From NCBI GenBank assembly GCA_963705305.1, contig OY970067.1, positions 4,800,001-4,864,000 of the forward strand: a stretch of DNA of 64,000 nt, written 5' to 3'. Shown in pieces: positions 45,190-63,519 of this stretch. Source of the DNA: an uncultured Methylomirabilota bacterium. Its GTDB lineage: Bacteria > Methylomirabilota > Methylomirabilia > Methylomirabilales > 2-02-FULL-66-22. Position 1 is the stretch's first letter. Every line of letters begins with the position of its first letter. A model generated the notes under the pieces. The model ran no database searches. It saw only the letters and a program-made list of their open reading frames with translations, and was not told the DNA's origin. A program made the position numbers and the translations under genes.

Positions 45190-45296
45190 TCCTCACTCCT
45201 CGCCACTCGGCCCCGCGGGGCATCCGCCCCGGCAGAGAAGAAAATCGGCACTGGAGGGCCGAGGCTTCGTTCCTCCGCACCCCAGTGCCGTTGGGA

Positions 45297-45674
45297 TTAG
45301 CTGCTCTTTGGTCGCTTGGCCCCGTATAGGGATCGGCTCTGACGCCGGTCGGTCACACCGGCCGTGTCCAGGGCGCCCCGGATGATGTGGTAGCGCACAC
45401 CCGGCAGGTCCTTCACGCGTCCGCCGCGGATGAGCACGATGGAGTGCTCCTGCAGATTGTGGCCGACCCCCGGGATGTAGGTGGTCACCTCGATCTGGTT
45501 GGTCAGACGCACGCGGGCGACTTTGCGGAGCGCCGAGTTGGGTTTCTTCGGGGTGGTGGTGTACACCCGGACGCACACCCCGCGCTTCTGCGGGCACGCC
45601 TGCAGGGCAGGGGCCTTTTCCTTCTTGGAGAGCTGCTTCCGCCCTCGGCGGACCAGCTGGGCGATCGTCGGCAT
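45297..45674 (-). CDS. rpsL: 30S ribosomal protein S12
   Basis: [20 protein letters not shown]. Confidence 0.98.
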   Translation of the reverse strand: MPTIAQLVRRGRKQLSKKEKAPALQACPQKRGVCVRVYTTTPKKPNSALRKVARVRLTNQIEVTTYIPGVGHNLQEHSIVLIRGGRVKDLPGVRYHIIRGALDTAGVTDRRQSRSLYGAKRPKSS

Positions 45675-45707
45675 GAGTCCCTTCCGTGTTATGCTGTGAA
45701 CCGCGGA

Positions 45708-45736
45708 AGTCTACGCGGGGGGCTCCCGCTTGTCAA
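45708..45736 (-). promoter_or_regulatory. str operon promoter
   Basis: TTGACA-17 nt-TAGACT just after the rpoC stop. Confidence 0.75.
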
Positions 45737-45750
45737 GGACATTCTGGCTC

Positions 45751-49860
<4,110 letters not shown>

Positions 49861-49942
49861 GGTGCAGCTCCTTCCTTCGAAGCAATCAGCAATCAGCTTT
49901 CAGCGGTCAGCGGCTGATCGCCAACGGCTGACAGCTTCTCGC

Positions 49943-53905
<3,963 letters not shown>

Positions 53906-53920
53906 GCGTTGCTCCCCTCG

Positions 53921-54310
53921 CTACTTCAGTTCGACGGTTGCCCCGACCTCCTCCAGCTTCTTCTTGATCTCATCCGCCTCGGCCTTGGAGACCCCCTCCT
54001 TCACCGGCTTGGGAGCGCCGTCCACGAGATCCTTGGCTTCCTTGAGACCCAGCGCCGTGATGGCCCGGACCTCCTTGATCACCTGGATCTTCTTCTCGCC
54101 GACGCCGGCCAGGACGACGGTGAACTCGGTCTTCTCCTCCGCCGCCGCCCCGCCGCCGCCCGGGCCCGCCGCGGGGGCCGCCGCCACCGCCACCGGGGCC
54201 GCCGCCGACACCCCGTACTTCTCCTCGATCCCCTTGACGAGCTTGTTCAGGTCCAAGACCGTCCAGGAATCAATGGAATCCAGCACATCATCCACCGTCA
54301 CCTTTGCCAT
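53921..54310 (-). CDS. rplL: 50S ribosomal protein L7/L12
   Basis: [28 protein letters not shown]. Confidence 0.97.
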   Translation of the reverse strand: MAKVTVDDVLDSIDSWTVLDLNKLVKGIEEKYGVSAAAPVAVAAAPAAGPGGGGAAAEEKTEFTVVLAGVGEKKIQVIKEVRAITALGLKEAKDLVDGAPKPVKEGVSKAEADEIKKKLEEVGATVELK

Positions 54311-54388
54311 TGGAACCTCCTCTGTCCTGCTCGTTCCGAGATCGTCCATCGCCGGCCCGGGCGCACCGGGGACTCGACGGGCCGCCCG

Positions 54389-54919
54389 CTAGGCGGCACC
54401 TGCCTTTTCCTTTTGCTGCCGCACCTGCTCCAGGACCTGTGCCAGCTGCCGGATGTGGGCACCCAGAACCTGCACCAGACCCTGTAGCGGCGCCTGAAAC
54501 ACTCCCGCCATCCGGGCCAGGAGCACCTCCCGCGGGGGCAGGTCTCCCATGGCCCGCACCGCCTCCGGCCCCACCACCTGCCCCTCCACGGCGCCGCCCT
54601 TGATGGGAAAGGTCCCCCGACTCTTGGCCCAGCCCGCCAGCACCTTGGCGGGGGCCACCGGATCCGTCCGGCTCACCGCGATGGCGGTCGGGCCCTCCAG
54701 AAACTGCGCCAGCCCGGCCAAATCGGTTCCCTGGATGGCGATCTTGGCCAGGGTGTTCTTGACCACCCGATACTCCACCGCACTCTTGCGGAGGAGGGTG
54801 CGCAGCTCCGTCATCTCCGCCACGCTCAGGCCCCGGTAATCGGTGAGCACGGCGCCCTGAGCGCCGATGAGCTTCTCGCGCAATTCGGCAACGCTTGCAG
54901 CCTTCTCTTCTCGCCCCAC
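54389..54919 (-). CDS. rplJ: 50S ribosomal protein L10
   Basis: DYRGLSV, VVKNTLA, LEGPTAIA. Confidence 0.96.
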   Translation of the reverse strand: MGREEKAASVAELREKLIGAQGAVLTDYRGLSVAEMTELRTLLRKSAVEYRVVKNTLAKIAIQGTDLAGLAQFLEGPTAIAVSRTDPVAPAKVLAGWAKSRGTFPIKGGAVEGQVVGPEAVRAMGDLPPREVLLARMAGVFQAPLQGLVQVLGAHIRQLAQVLEQVRQQKEKAGAA

Positions 54920-54931
54920 GCCCGTTTCCTC

Positions 54932-55651
54932 CTACACCTTGACCAGCGCCTGAACCGTATTGGCATCCACCGGGATGCCGGGGCCCATGGTCGACGAGAT
55001 GGACACGCCCGTGATATATCGGCCCTTGCTCGCCGCCGGCTTGGCGCGCAACAGCGCCTCCAGGACGGCCAGGGCGTTCTCCAGTAGCTGCTGCGGGGTA
55101 AAGGAGGCTTTGCCGAAGGGCACGTGGATGATTCCCGCCTTCTCCACGCGGAACTCGATCTTGCCCCCTTTGAACTCCCGCACCGCCTTCCCCACGTCGA
55201 AGGTGACGGTCCCGGTCTTGGGGTTAGGCATCAGCCCGCGCGGACCCAGCACCTTGCCCAAGCGCCCCACCAGGCCCATCACATCGGGGGTGGCGATGGC
55301 CCGCTCGAAGTCCAGCCAGCCGCCCTGAATTTTCTCGACCAGGTCCTCCGCTCCCACGTAATCCGCTCCCGCCTCGGCCGCCTCCTTCTCCTTCTCCCCC
55401 TTGGCGAAGACCAGGACCCGGACCTTCTTCCCGGTTCCGTGGGGCAACACCACCGTCCCCCGCACCATCTGGTCGGCATGCTTGGGGTCCACCCCCAGAC
55501 CGACCGCCATGTCCATGGTCTCGTCGAACTTGGCCGTAGCATTGGCCTTCGCCAGGTCGACGGCCTTGGCCAGCTCCACGCCCTCGCTGCTGCCGACGGC
55601 TTTCGCAATCGCGTCCCTGGCCGCGTCGTACCGCTTGCCCGTCTTCGCCAT
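54932..55651 (-). CDS. rplA: 50S ribosomal protein L1
   Basis: [41 protein letters not shown]. Confidence 0.97.
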   Translation of the reverse strand: MAKTGKRYDAARDAIAKAVGSSEGVELAKAVDLAKANATAKFDETMDMAVGLGVDPKHADQMVRGTVVLPHGTGKKVRVLVFAKGEKEKEAAEAGADYVGAEDLVEKIQGGWLDFERAIATPDVMGLVGRLGKVLGPRGLMPNPKTGTVTFDVGKAVREFKGGKIEFRVEKAGIIHVPFGKASFTPQQLLENALAVLEALLRAKPAASKGRYITGVSISSTMGPGIPVDANTVQALVKV

Positions 55652-55804
55652 ATCTGGCTCCCTCCTGATCATCCATGCGCCGGCGGCTGAGGTCGGCCGC
55701 CTCGGCGCAATCGAAAATGGAAAACCGACACCGGAAAACCGGACAATTGCCAGCCGACCCCTTGGTCGGTTTTGCATTGTCCGTTGCCAATTTTCAATTG
55801 GCCG

Positions 55805-56242
55805 TTAGCCCGCAACCTCGATGCCGGCGCTGCGCGCCGTTCCCTCGATGATCTTGATCGCCGCCTCCAGGTTGAAGGCGTTCAGATCCTGCAGCTTGGT
55901 CTTGGCGATCTCCTCCACCTGCTTCCGGGTGACCTTCCCCGCCTTGACGCGGTTCGGCTCTTTCGACCCCTGGGCAATGCCTGCCGCCTGCTTCAAGAGC
56001 ACCGCCGCCGGGGGGGTCTTGGTGATGAAGGTGAAGGTCCGGTCCGCATAGATGGTGATCACCACGGGGATGATCAACCCCTCCTGGGCCTGCGTCTGGG
56101 CGTTGAAGGTCTTGCAGAACTCCATGATGTTCACGCCGTGCTGGCCCAGGGCCGGCCCCACGGGCGGCGACGGGTTCGCCTTCCCCGCCGGGACCTGCAG
56201 CTTCACCTGTGCCGTGACTTTCTTGGTGATGCGCTTGGTCAT
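55805..56242 (-). CDS. rplK: 50S ribosomal protein L11
   Basis: [26 protein letters not shown]. Confidence 0.98.
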   Translation of the reverse strand: MTKRITKKVTAQVKLQVPAGKANPSPPVGPALGQHGVNIMEFCKTFNAQTQAQEGLIIPVVITIYADRTFTFITKTPPAAVLLKQAAGIAQGSKEPNRVKAGKVTRKQVEEIAKTKLQDLNAFNLEAAIKIIEGTARSAGIEVAG

Positions 56243-56286
56243 GCGACCTCCTCACGTCCGCCCGCAGGATGCCCGGGCATGCCAGG

Positions 56287-56934
56287 CTAGACGCGCTCGA
56301 CCTGCAGGAACTCCAGATCCACAGGGGTCGGCCGCCCGAAGATGCTCACCATGACCTTCAGGCGCCCCTTGTCCGGCTTGACTTCCTCCACCACACCGGT
56401 GAAGTTGGAGAACGGTCCGTCGATGACCCGGATGCTCTCCCCCCGGGAGAACATCACCCGGTGCTTCGGCCGCTCCGCGCCGGTCTCGACCTGCTGGAGA
56501 ATGGCCTGTACCTGCTCCTCCGGGATCGGCGTGGGCCGGACCCCCGGCCCGACGAACCCCGTCACCTTGGGCGTGTTCTTGATCAGGAACCAGAGCTCGT
56601 CCGACATCTCCATCCGGATGAGCACGTACCCCGGGAAGAATTTCTGCGACGCCTCCCGGCGCTTCCCCTTCTTCAACTCCACCACCGTCTCGGTGGGAAT
56701 CATCACCTGCGAGACAGCGGCGCCCAGGCCCGCGGCCGCCACCCGCTGCTCGATGCTCTGCTTCACCTTGTTCTCGAAGCCGGAGTACGTGTGGATCACG
56801 TACCACCGGTGATGCGGCGGCAGGGGCGACGCCGGGCTCTTGGCCGCCTCCGGGGGGCCCGCCTCGCTTGGGTTCGTCGGCTCGTCGAGTGTCTCCCCGG
56901 GCGCCCCGGGCTCGTGCAGCTGATCCTCATCCAT
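56287..56934 (-). CDS. nusG: Transcription factor NusG with N-terminal extension
   Basis: WYVIHTYSGFENKV, FFPGYV, TPKVTGFV, DGPF KOW, IFGR.TPV. Confidence 0.95.
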   Translation of the reverse strand: MDEDQLHEPGAPGETLDEPTNPSEAGPPEAAKSPASPLPPHHRWYVIHTYSGFENKVKQSIEQRVAAAGLGAAVSQVMIPTETVVELKKGKRREASQKFFPGYVLIRMEMSDELWFLIKNTPKVTGFVGPGVRPTPIPEEQVQAILQQVETGAERPKHRVMFSRGESIRVIDGPFSNFTGVVEEVKPDKGRLKVMVSIFGRPTPVDLEFLQVERV

Positions 56935-56976
56935 GTTCAATCCGCCTCGCGCGTCCGGCACACCATCCCCGCCGGG

Positions 56977-57192
56977 TTACTTCACAATAATTCCAAGCAC
57001 TTTCTGGAGAATCAGGTCCACAAAGCCCAGGAAGAAGGCCACCACAAAGCTGGCGGCGATGACCACGACGGTGGAGCCCAGAATCTCCTTGCGCCCCGGC
57101 CAGGTGACCTTTCGCATCTCCACCCGGGTCTCCCTCAGGAACTGCACCGTCTTGGCCCACCGTTCCTGCAGCCGATTCACCACGCCCGTCAT
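56977..57192 (-). CDS. secE: Preprotein translocase subunit SecE
   Basis: FLRE...EMRKVTWP followed by one TM helix. Confidence 0.93.
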   Translation of the reverse strand: MTGVVNRLQERWAKTVQFLRETRVEMRKVTWPGRKEILGSTVVVIAASFVVAFFLGFVDLILQKVLGIIVK

Positions 57193-57244
57193 CCGACTCC
57201 ACCCTTTCCCTGTGCGCCCCCGCCCGAACGCCGCCGCGGCCACA

Positions 57245-57320
57245 TGGCAGGCCTGGAGGGATTCGAACCCCCAACCCGCGGATTTGGAGTCCGCTGCTCT
57301 ACCGTTAGAGCTACAGGCCT
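57245..57320 (-). tRNA. tRNA-Trp(CCA)
   Basis: AGGCCTGTAGCTCTAACGGTAGAGCAGCGGACTCCAAATCCGCGGGTTGGGGGTTCGAATCCCTCCAGGCCTGCCA. Confidence 0.97.
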
Positions 57321-57429
57321 ATCTCGGCCAATCACCGCATTCCAAAGCCCGATGACCAAGCGGAGTCCGCGCCCGACGGGGCGGCAGGGCAGGCCGCCCG
57401 CGCGTCCCCCCTTGGACAGCGGTCATTCG

Positions 57430-57579
57430 CTACTTGGTCTCCCGATGCGGGGTGTGCTTGCGGCACCAGGGGCAATATTTCGAGAGCTCCAACCGCTCGG
57501 TGGTGTTCCGCTTGTTCTTGGTCGTGGAGTAATTGCGCCGCTTGCATTCTCCGCAGGCCAAGCTGATCTGCTCGCGCAT
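57430..57579 (-). CDS. rpmG: 50S ribosomal protein L33 (Zn-binding type)
   Basis: Not in ORF track; manual translation [49 protein letters not shown]. Confidence 0.96.
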   Translation of the reverse strand: MREQISLACGECKRRNYSTTKNKRNTTERLELSKYCPWCRKHTPHRETK

Positions 57580-57667
57580 GCTTGCCTCGCTTCCGGTCAC
57601 CCCACCCGGAGGCCGCCACGCTCGGGTCTCCCCGGCCTGATCGGCGCCCCGCGGGAGGGGACGGGGG

Positions 57668-58870
<1,203 letters not shown>

Positions 58871-58911
58871 GTACGTGTCCCCCTGGGGCGGTGTGGCTGC
58901 CGAGAAGTCGG

Positions 58912-58987
<76 letters not shown>

Positions 58988-59163
58988 AGTTGGTCGCTCG
59001 TCTCAAATCCCGCGCGCCGGACCGTCCCCGAGAGGCGCCTCGACCTCAGCCGGGGGTCGCCCGGGGTGAGGCCCGTCAGCCCGACGCGGATCTTGCCGTC
59101 CCACACCCGGCCGCTGCTGAGACCGCTCTCGGGGAGTTGTGTCGGCAGGCGCGGGATATCGAA

Positions 59164-59240
59164 TGGAGCGGGAAACGGGATTCGAACCCGCGACCCCGAG
59201 CTTGGAAGGCTCGCGCTCTAGCCAGCTGAGCTATTCCCGC
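59164..59240 (-). tRNA. tRNA-Gly(TCC)
   Basis: GCGGGAATAGCTCAGCTGGCTAGAGCGCGAGCCTTCCAAGCTCGGGGTCGCGGGTTCGAATCCCGTTTCCCGCTCCA. Confidence 0.97.
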
Positions 59241-59346
59241 CTGCCCCTCGCAAACGGCTCCCCCCCATCCCGGACGCCCGTGGCACCCCGGCCCGCTGAG
59301 CGGGCGGCGCCGCCCGCATCCTGCCTTCAGGGAGTCGTCGGACGCG

Positions 59347-59432
59347 TGGTGGGGAGAGGAGGATTCGAACCTCCGAAGGCATGAGCCAACAGATTTACAG
59401 TCTGCCCCCTTTGGCCGCTTGGGTATCTCCCC
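59347..59432 (-). tRNA. tRNA-Tyr(GTA)
   Basis: 86 nt with long variable arm; CAGACTGTAAATCTG anticodon arm; CCA end. Confidence 0.97.
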
Positions 59433-59474
59433 GGGTGAGCCAGCGTGACCATTCCTCTGTGCACGCAGCCAGGG

Positions 59475-59550
59475 TGGAGCTGGCGGAGGGAATCGAACCC
59501 CCGACCGGCTGATTACAAATCAGCTGCTCTACCTGCTGAGCTACGCCAGC
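59475..59550 (-). tRNA. tRNA-Thr(TGT)
   Basis: GCTGGCGTAGCTCAGCAGGTAGAGCAGCTGATTTGTAATCAGCCGGTCGGGGGTTCGATTCCCTCCGCCAGCTCCA. Confidence 0.97.
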
Positions 59551-59657
59551 AGACAAAATCCTAGTTTATAAAATCCTGCCCGGAATGGCAAACACAATCG
59601 CACACGGATACCCATGGATATCCCGGCATATCGCGAATTCTCCGGACAAGGATGGGC

Positions 59658-59687
59658 ATTTTACCCAGTTTGTCTCGCTCCTGTCAA
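59658..59687 (-). promoter_or_regulatory. Promoter of the tRNA-tuf cluster
   Basis: TTGACA-18 nt-TAAAAT overlapping the rlmB stop codon. Confidence 0.72.
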
Positions 59688-60475
59688 CCGGAACCTGTTT
59701 TCTGCCCGGTTCGCTGTCGCACCACCTCGAAGAGACACACCGCCGCCGCCGCCGAGGCGTTCAACGAAGCCACGCGCCCTCCCAGCGGAATCCGCACCAG
59801 GAAGTCGCAGCGCGCCCGGGTCAGCGTGCGCAGTCCGCGCCCCTCTGCCCCCACCACCATGGCCAGCGGCACCGTGAGGTCCGTCTCGAAAACACTCTGC
59901 CGTCCCGCCGCGTCCGCGCCCACGACCCAGAGCTCACGCGACTTCAGCCCTTCCAGGAAGGCAGCCAGATTCGTGACGCGGGCCACGCGGAGGTGCTCCG
60001 AGGCCCCTGCCGAGGCCCGCACGACGGCCGGGGTCACCCCCGCCGCCCGGTCACGGGGCAGGATGAGTCCGTGGGCGCCGGCGGCCTCTGCCGTCCGGAT
60101 GATGGCTCCCAGATTCTGTGGATCCTGCACCCCGTCCAGGACCACCAGGAAGCCGGGCTCCGGACCGCGTCGTGCCCGGGCCAGCACGTCATCCGGCTCC
60201 ACGTAGGGAAACGGGCCGACCTCCGCCAGGAGCCCCTGGTGCATCACGCCCCGGGCCAGGCCATCCAGGTCGGCGCGGGATCGTTCCTCCACCGGGACTC
60301 CCCCCCGGCGCGCCAGCTCCCGGACTTCGTCCGGCGTACCGGCGGGCCCCTGGCGGGCCAACAAGAGGCGGCGCACCGCGCGCCGGCCGGCCCGCAGCGT
60401 TTCCAGGACGGCGCGCGGCCCCGCCAAGAGCTCCGGGCCATCCTCCGGCAGACCACGCCGGCTCGGCGGCTTCAC
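59684..60475 (-). CDS. rlmB: 23S rRNA (guanosine-2251-2'-O)-methyltransferase, SPOUT/TrmH family
   Basis: HQG, LDGVQDPQNLGAIIRTA, GAEGRGL, SLNAS.AAAV; follows cysS. Confidence 0.92.
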   Translation of the reverse strand: MKPPSRRGLPEDGPELLAGPRAVLETLRAGRRAVRRLLLARQGPAGTPDEVRELARRGGVPVEERSRADLDGLARGVMHQGLLAEVGPFPYVEPDDVLARARRGPEPGFLVVLDGVQDPQNLGAIIRTAEAAGAHGLILPRDRAAGVTPAVVRASAGASEHLRVARVTNLAAFLEGLKSRELWVVGADAAGRQSVFETDLTVPLAMVVGAEGRGLRTLTRARCDFLVRIPLGGRVASLNASAAAAVCLFEVVRQRTGQKTGSG

Positions 60476-62067
60476 GGCTTGACCAGCGTGACGTTCAGCT
60501 CGGGCAGCTTTCGCTCCGTTGGGAACGCCGAGACCGCGCGGGTCGCCGTCCGGGTGTCATCGATCCGGATGGCGTGCGCCAGAAGCGCCTGCCGGATCTC
60601 GTCGGCTGCGGCCCAGTCGCGCCGGTTGCGGGCCGCCTCCCGGTGCGCCAGCAGCTCCTGGACGACGGAGGTCAGCCGCCGGTCCAGGTCCGCCGCTGCC
60701 GGCCCCCCGACCAGCAGAGCCGCCAGCTCCTCCAAGGCGTCGTGCGCCGGACGCTCCAGCCGGACGCCGCTGAGGGCGGTCAGCGTGGAGCGGCCGCCCG
60801 AAAGGTTCAGGGCCAGCACCGCCGCCAGCCGCCGCAGGATGGTCGCCGTCTCTTGGAGGCGACGCACCATCCCGGGATCGGGGGCTCCGCCCGCCCGCAC
60901 CTCCTGCAGGAGCCGGTTGCCTTCGCGGACCAGGTCGAAGAGGACCCCGGACGCACGGGCGGTGTTGAAATCGTCATCCATGGCGGCCCGGAAGTCCTCC
61001 TCGGCGGGGTGCACCGCCTCGCCCGATCCCCCTGTGGCCTCGCCCTGCGCATGGTCCCGGGCGCGGCCCATCTCGGCCTCCAGCGTGTCCACCGCCCGCA
61101 GGAACTCCAGGAGGCCCGAGACGGCCTTCCCTTTTTCCGCCACGGCCGCCTCGGTGTAATCCAGGGGGCCCCGATAGTTCGTGGAGACGAGCAGCAGCTT
61201 GAGGGCCTCGGGGCTGAAGCGCTGCAGGGCGTCCCGGATCGTCACGAAATTCCCGAGCGACTTCGCCATCTTCTCCCCGTTCACCGTCACGAAGCCGTTG
61301 TGGAGCCAGTAGCGGGCGAACGGTTTCCCGCTGGCCCCCTCCGACTGGGCGATCTCGTTTTCGTGGTGGGGGAAGATCAGGTCCTCGCCCCCGGCGTGGA
61401 TGTCGAACGTCTCGCCCAGGTATTTGGCCGCCATGGCCGAGCACTCGATGTGCCACCCGGGCCGCCCCGCGCCCCACGGGCTGTCCCACGCCGGCTCTCC
61501 CGGGCGCGAGGCCTTCCACAACGCGAAGTCCGTGGGGTCCTGCTTGCGCTCGTCCACCTCGACACGAGCCCCCGCCCGGAGATCGTCCAGGCTGCGGTGG
61601 GACAGCTTTCCGTATCCGGGAAACCGGCGCACCGCATAGTACACGTCGCCGTCCATCACGTAGGCGAGTCCCTGGCCTAGCAGCCGCTGGATGATCTGGA
61701 TCATCTCGGCGATGTGGTCGGTCGCCTTGGGCTCCACATCCGCCCGCCGGAGCCCCAGGGCGTCCATGTCCCGGTAGAATGCCGCGATGTACTCGCGGGC
61801 CACCTCGTCCCACGCCCGGCCGGTCTCGCGGGCGCGCGCGATGATCTTGTCGTCCACGTCGGTGAAGTTCCGGACCAGCGTGACGCGATATCCCGAGAAC
61901 TCCAGGTAGCGGCGGACGACGTCGAATACCAGGGTGGACCGGGCATGGCCGATGTGACAGAGGTCATACACGGTGACCCCGCAGGCGTACATCCGCACCT
62001 GCCCCGGCCGGAGCGGCTCGAACGGCTGCACCGTCCGGGTCAGCGTATTGTAGAATTTGAGCGCCAT
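60472..62067 (-). CDS. cysS: Cysteine--tRNA ligase
   Basis: CGVTVYD..HIGH, GRPGWHIECS, FPHHENE, KMAKS, MDDDFNT. Confidence 0.97.
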   Translation of the reverse strand: MALKFYNTLTRTVQPFEPLRPGQVRMYACGVTVYDLCHIGHARSTLVFDVVRRYLEFSGYRVTLVRNFTDVDDKIIARARETGRAWDEVAREYIAAFYRDMDALGLRRADVEPKATDHIAEMIQIIQRLLGQGLAYVMDGDVYYAVRRFPGYGKLSHRSLDDLRAGARVEVDERKQDPTDFALWKASRPGEPAWDSPWGAGRPGWHIECSAMAAKYLGETFDIHAGGEDLIFPHHENEIAQSEGASGKPFARYWLHNGFVTVNGEKMAKSLGNFVTIRDALQRFSPEALKLLLVSTNYRGPLDYTEAAVAEKGKAVSGLLEFLRAVDTLEAEMGRARDHAQGEATGGSGEAVHPAEEDFRAAMDDDFNTARASGVLFDLVREGNRLLQEVRAGGAPDPGMVRRLQETATILRRLAAVLALNLSGGRSTLTALSGVRLERPAHDALEELAALLVGGPAAADLDRRLTSVVQELLAHREAARNRRDWAAADEIRQALLAHAIRIDDTRTATRAVSAFPTERKLPELNVTLVKP

Positions 62068-62145
62068 GCCTACTCCTCGTGGAGATTCATGGTGGGGGAG
62101 TTTCCAGCGTTCGCCTGGGTGTCGCGGGCGGGAGGGCAGGCCGTC

Positions 62146-62700
62146 TCAGCGGCTGCGGCCTGTCGCGGGCGCCCGGCGGCTCGTCGAGGCCGCGCGACGC
62201 CGTCGCAGGGGCAGCACCGACGCGACCGCAATGGCGACGATGCCCTCTCCGGCCCCCAGCGCTCCCATGCCCTTGGCCGTGGTCCCCTTGAGGTTTATCC
62301 GGTCCGGCGGGATCTGGAGCACCGCGGCCAGCGCCTGCCGCATCGCCGGGAAATGGGGGCCCAGGCGGGGGGCCTCCGCCACTACCGTAGCGTCCACGTT
62401 GCCGGGTTGGTATCCCCGGGCGGCGAGGAGCCGCACCACCCGCCCCAGCAGCCGCAGACTGGAGATCCCCATCATCTCCGGCCGTCCCACCCCGAAGTGC
62501 GTCCCGATGTCCCCCGCCCCCGCAGCCCCCAGGAGCGCATCCAGGACGGCGTGGGTCACGGCATCCGCATCCGAGTCCCCCTCCAGACCGCGGTCGAAGG
62601 GGATCGCCACTCCGCCCAGGATCAGCGGCCGCCCCGGCACCAGCCGGTGCATGTCGTAGCCGACCCCCACGCGGAGGGGGAGGCGCGGCGCCGGGCTCAC
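62146..62700 (-). CDS. ispF: 2-C-methyl-D-erythritol 2,4-cyclodiphosphate synthase
   Basis: RVGVGYDMH, SDAD..THA..DA, GDIG, NVDAT, K.TT; downstream of ispD. Confidence 0.92.
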   Translation of the reverse strand: MSPAPRLPLRVGVGYDMHRLVPGRPLILGGVAIPFDRGLEGDSDADAVTHAVLDALLGAAGAGDIGTHFGVGRPEMMGISSLRLLGRVVRLLAARGYQPGNVDATVVAEAPRLGPHFPAMRQALAAVLQIPPDRINLKGTTAKGMGALGAGEGIVAIAVASVLPLRRRRAASTSRRAPATGRSR

Positions 62701-63404
62701 CCTGCCCTCGCCGATCGGGCCGCCCGGCCCCGCAGGATCTCCTCGGCCATGGCGAGATCCTCCGGGGTCGTCACCTTGAGATTATCCCGGGAGCCCGGCA
62801 CCAGCCGGACGGGATGGCCCAGCCGCTCGACCAGCACGCTGTCGTCCGTCCCCCGGAATCCGTCCGTGAGGGCCCGCGCATGGGCCTCCAGCAGGAGAGA
62901 GATCCGGAACGCCTGCGGCGTCTGCGCCGCCCACAGCCGACCGCGGGCCGGCGTCTCCACGATCATGCCATCCGGCCCGGCCACCTTGATCGTATCCGTG
63001 ACCGGGATCGCCGCCACGGCGGCTCCCACCTCGCCGGCCGCGGCCACGGCGGCCCGGACGATCTCGGGCGAGACCAGCGGCCGGGCCCCGTCATGGACCA
63101 GCACGATGTCCGCGGCCGGCGGGACCCGCTGCAGCCCCGCGTACACCGACGCCTGCCGGTCCGCCCCGCCAGGCACCACCGCATCCACGTGCAGGCCGAA
63201 GGGCGCCTGGATCTCGGCACGGCAGCGGTCCTCGTGGCCCGGCGGGACCACCAGGACCAGACTGTGCACCGCCCGGGAGGCCCAGACGGCCCGCAGCGTG
63301 TGAGCCAGGAGCGGCACGCCTGCCAGGGACAGGTACTGCTTCGGCACCGGCCCGGGGAGGCGGGTTCCCCCTCCGGCGGCGGGCACGATCGCCGTTACGT
63401 GCAT
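62697..63404 (-). CDS. ispD: 2-C-methyl-D-erythritol 4-phosphate cytidylyltransferase
   Basis: PAAG.G.R, PKQYL, GGADRQ.SV, VHDGARP, QTPQAF, TDD, NLKVTT.EDL. Confidence 0.95.
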   Translation of the reverse strand: MHVTAIVPAAGGGTRLPGPVPKQYLSLAGVPLLAHTLRAVWASRAVHSLVLVVPPGHEDRCRAEIQAPFGLHVDAVVPGGADRQASVYAGLQRVPPAADIVLVHDGARPLVSPEIVRAAVAAAGEVGAAVAAIPVTDTIKVAGPDGMIVETPARGRLWAAQTPQAFRISLLLEAHARALTDGFRGTDDSVLVERLGHPVRLVPGSRDNLKVTTPEDLAMAEEILRGRAARSARAG

Positions 63405-63519
63405 GCGGCCTCGAAAAGAAAATCCCAACTCCTCACGGCCCACTCCCGATCCATACGGCCCCGCGACCTTCCTGGGGGAATTCGGGGAATGGGGATGGTG
63501 GAATTGGGAAGGTCTGGGG

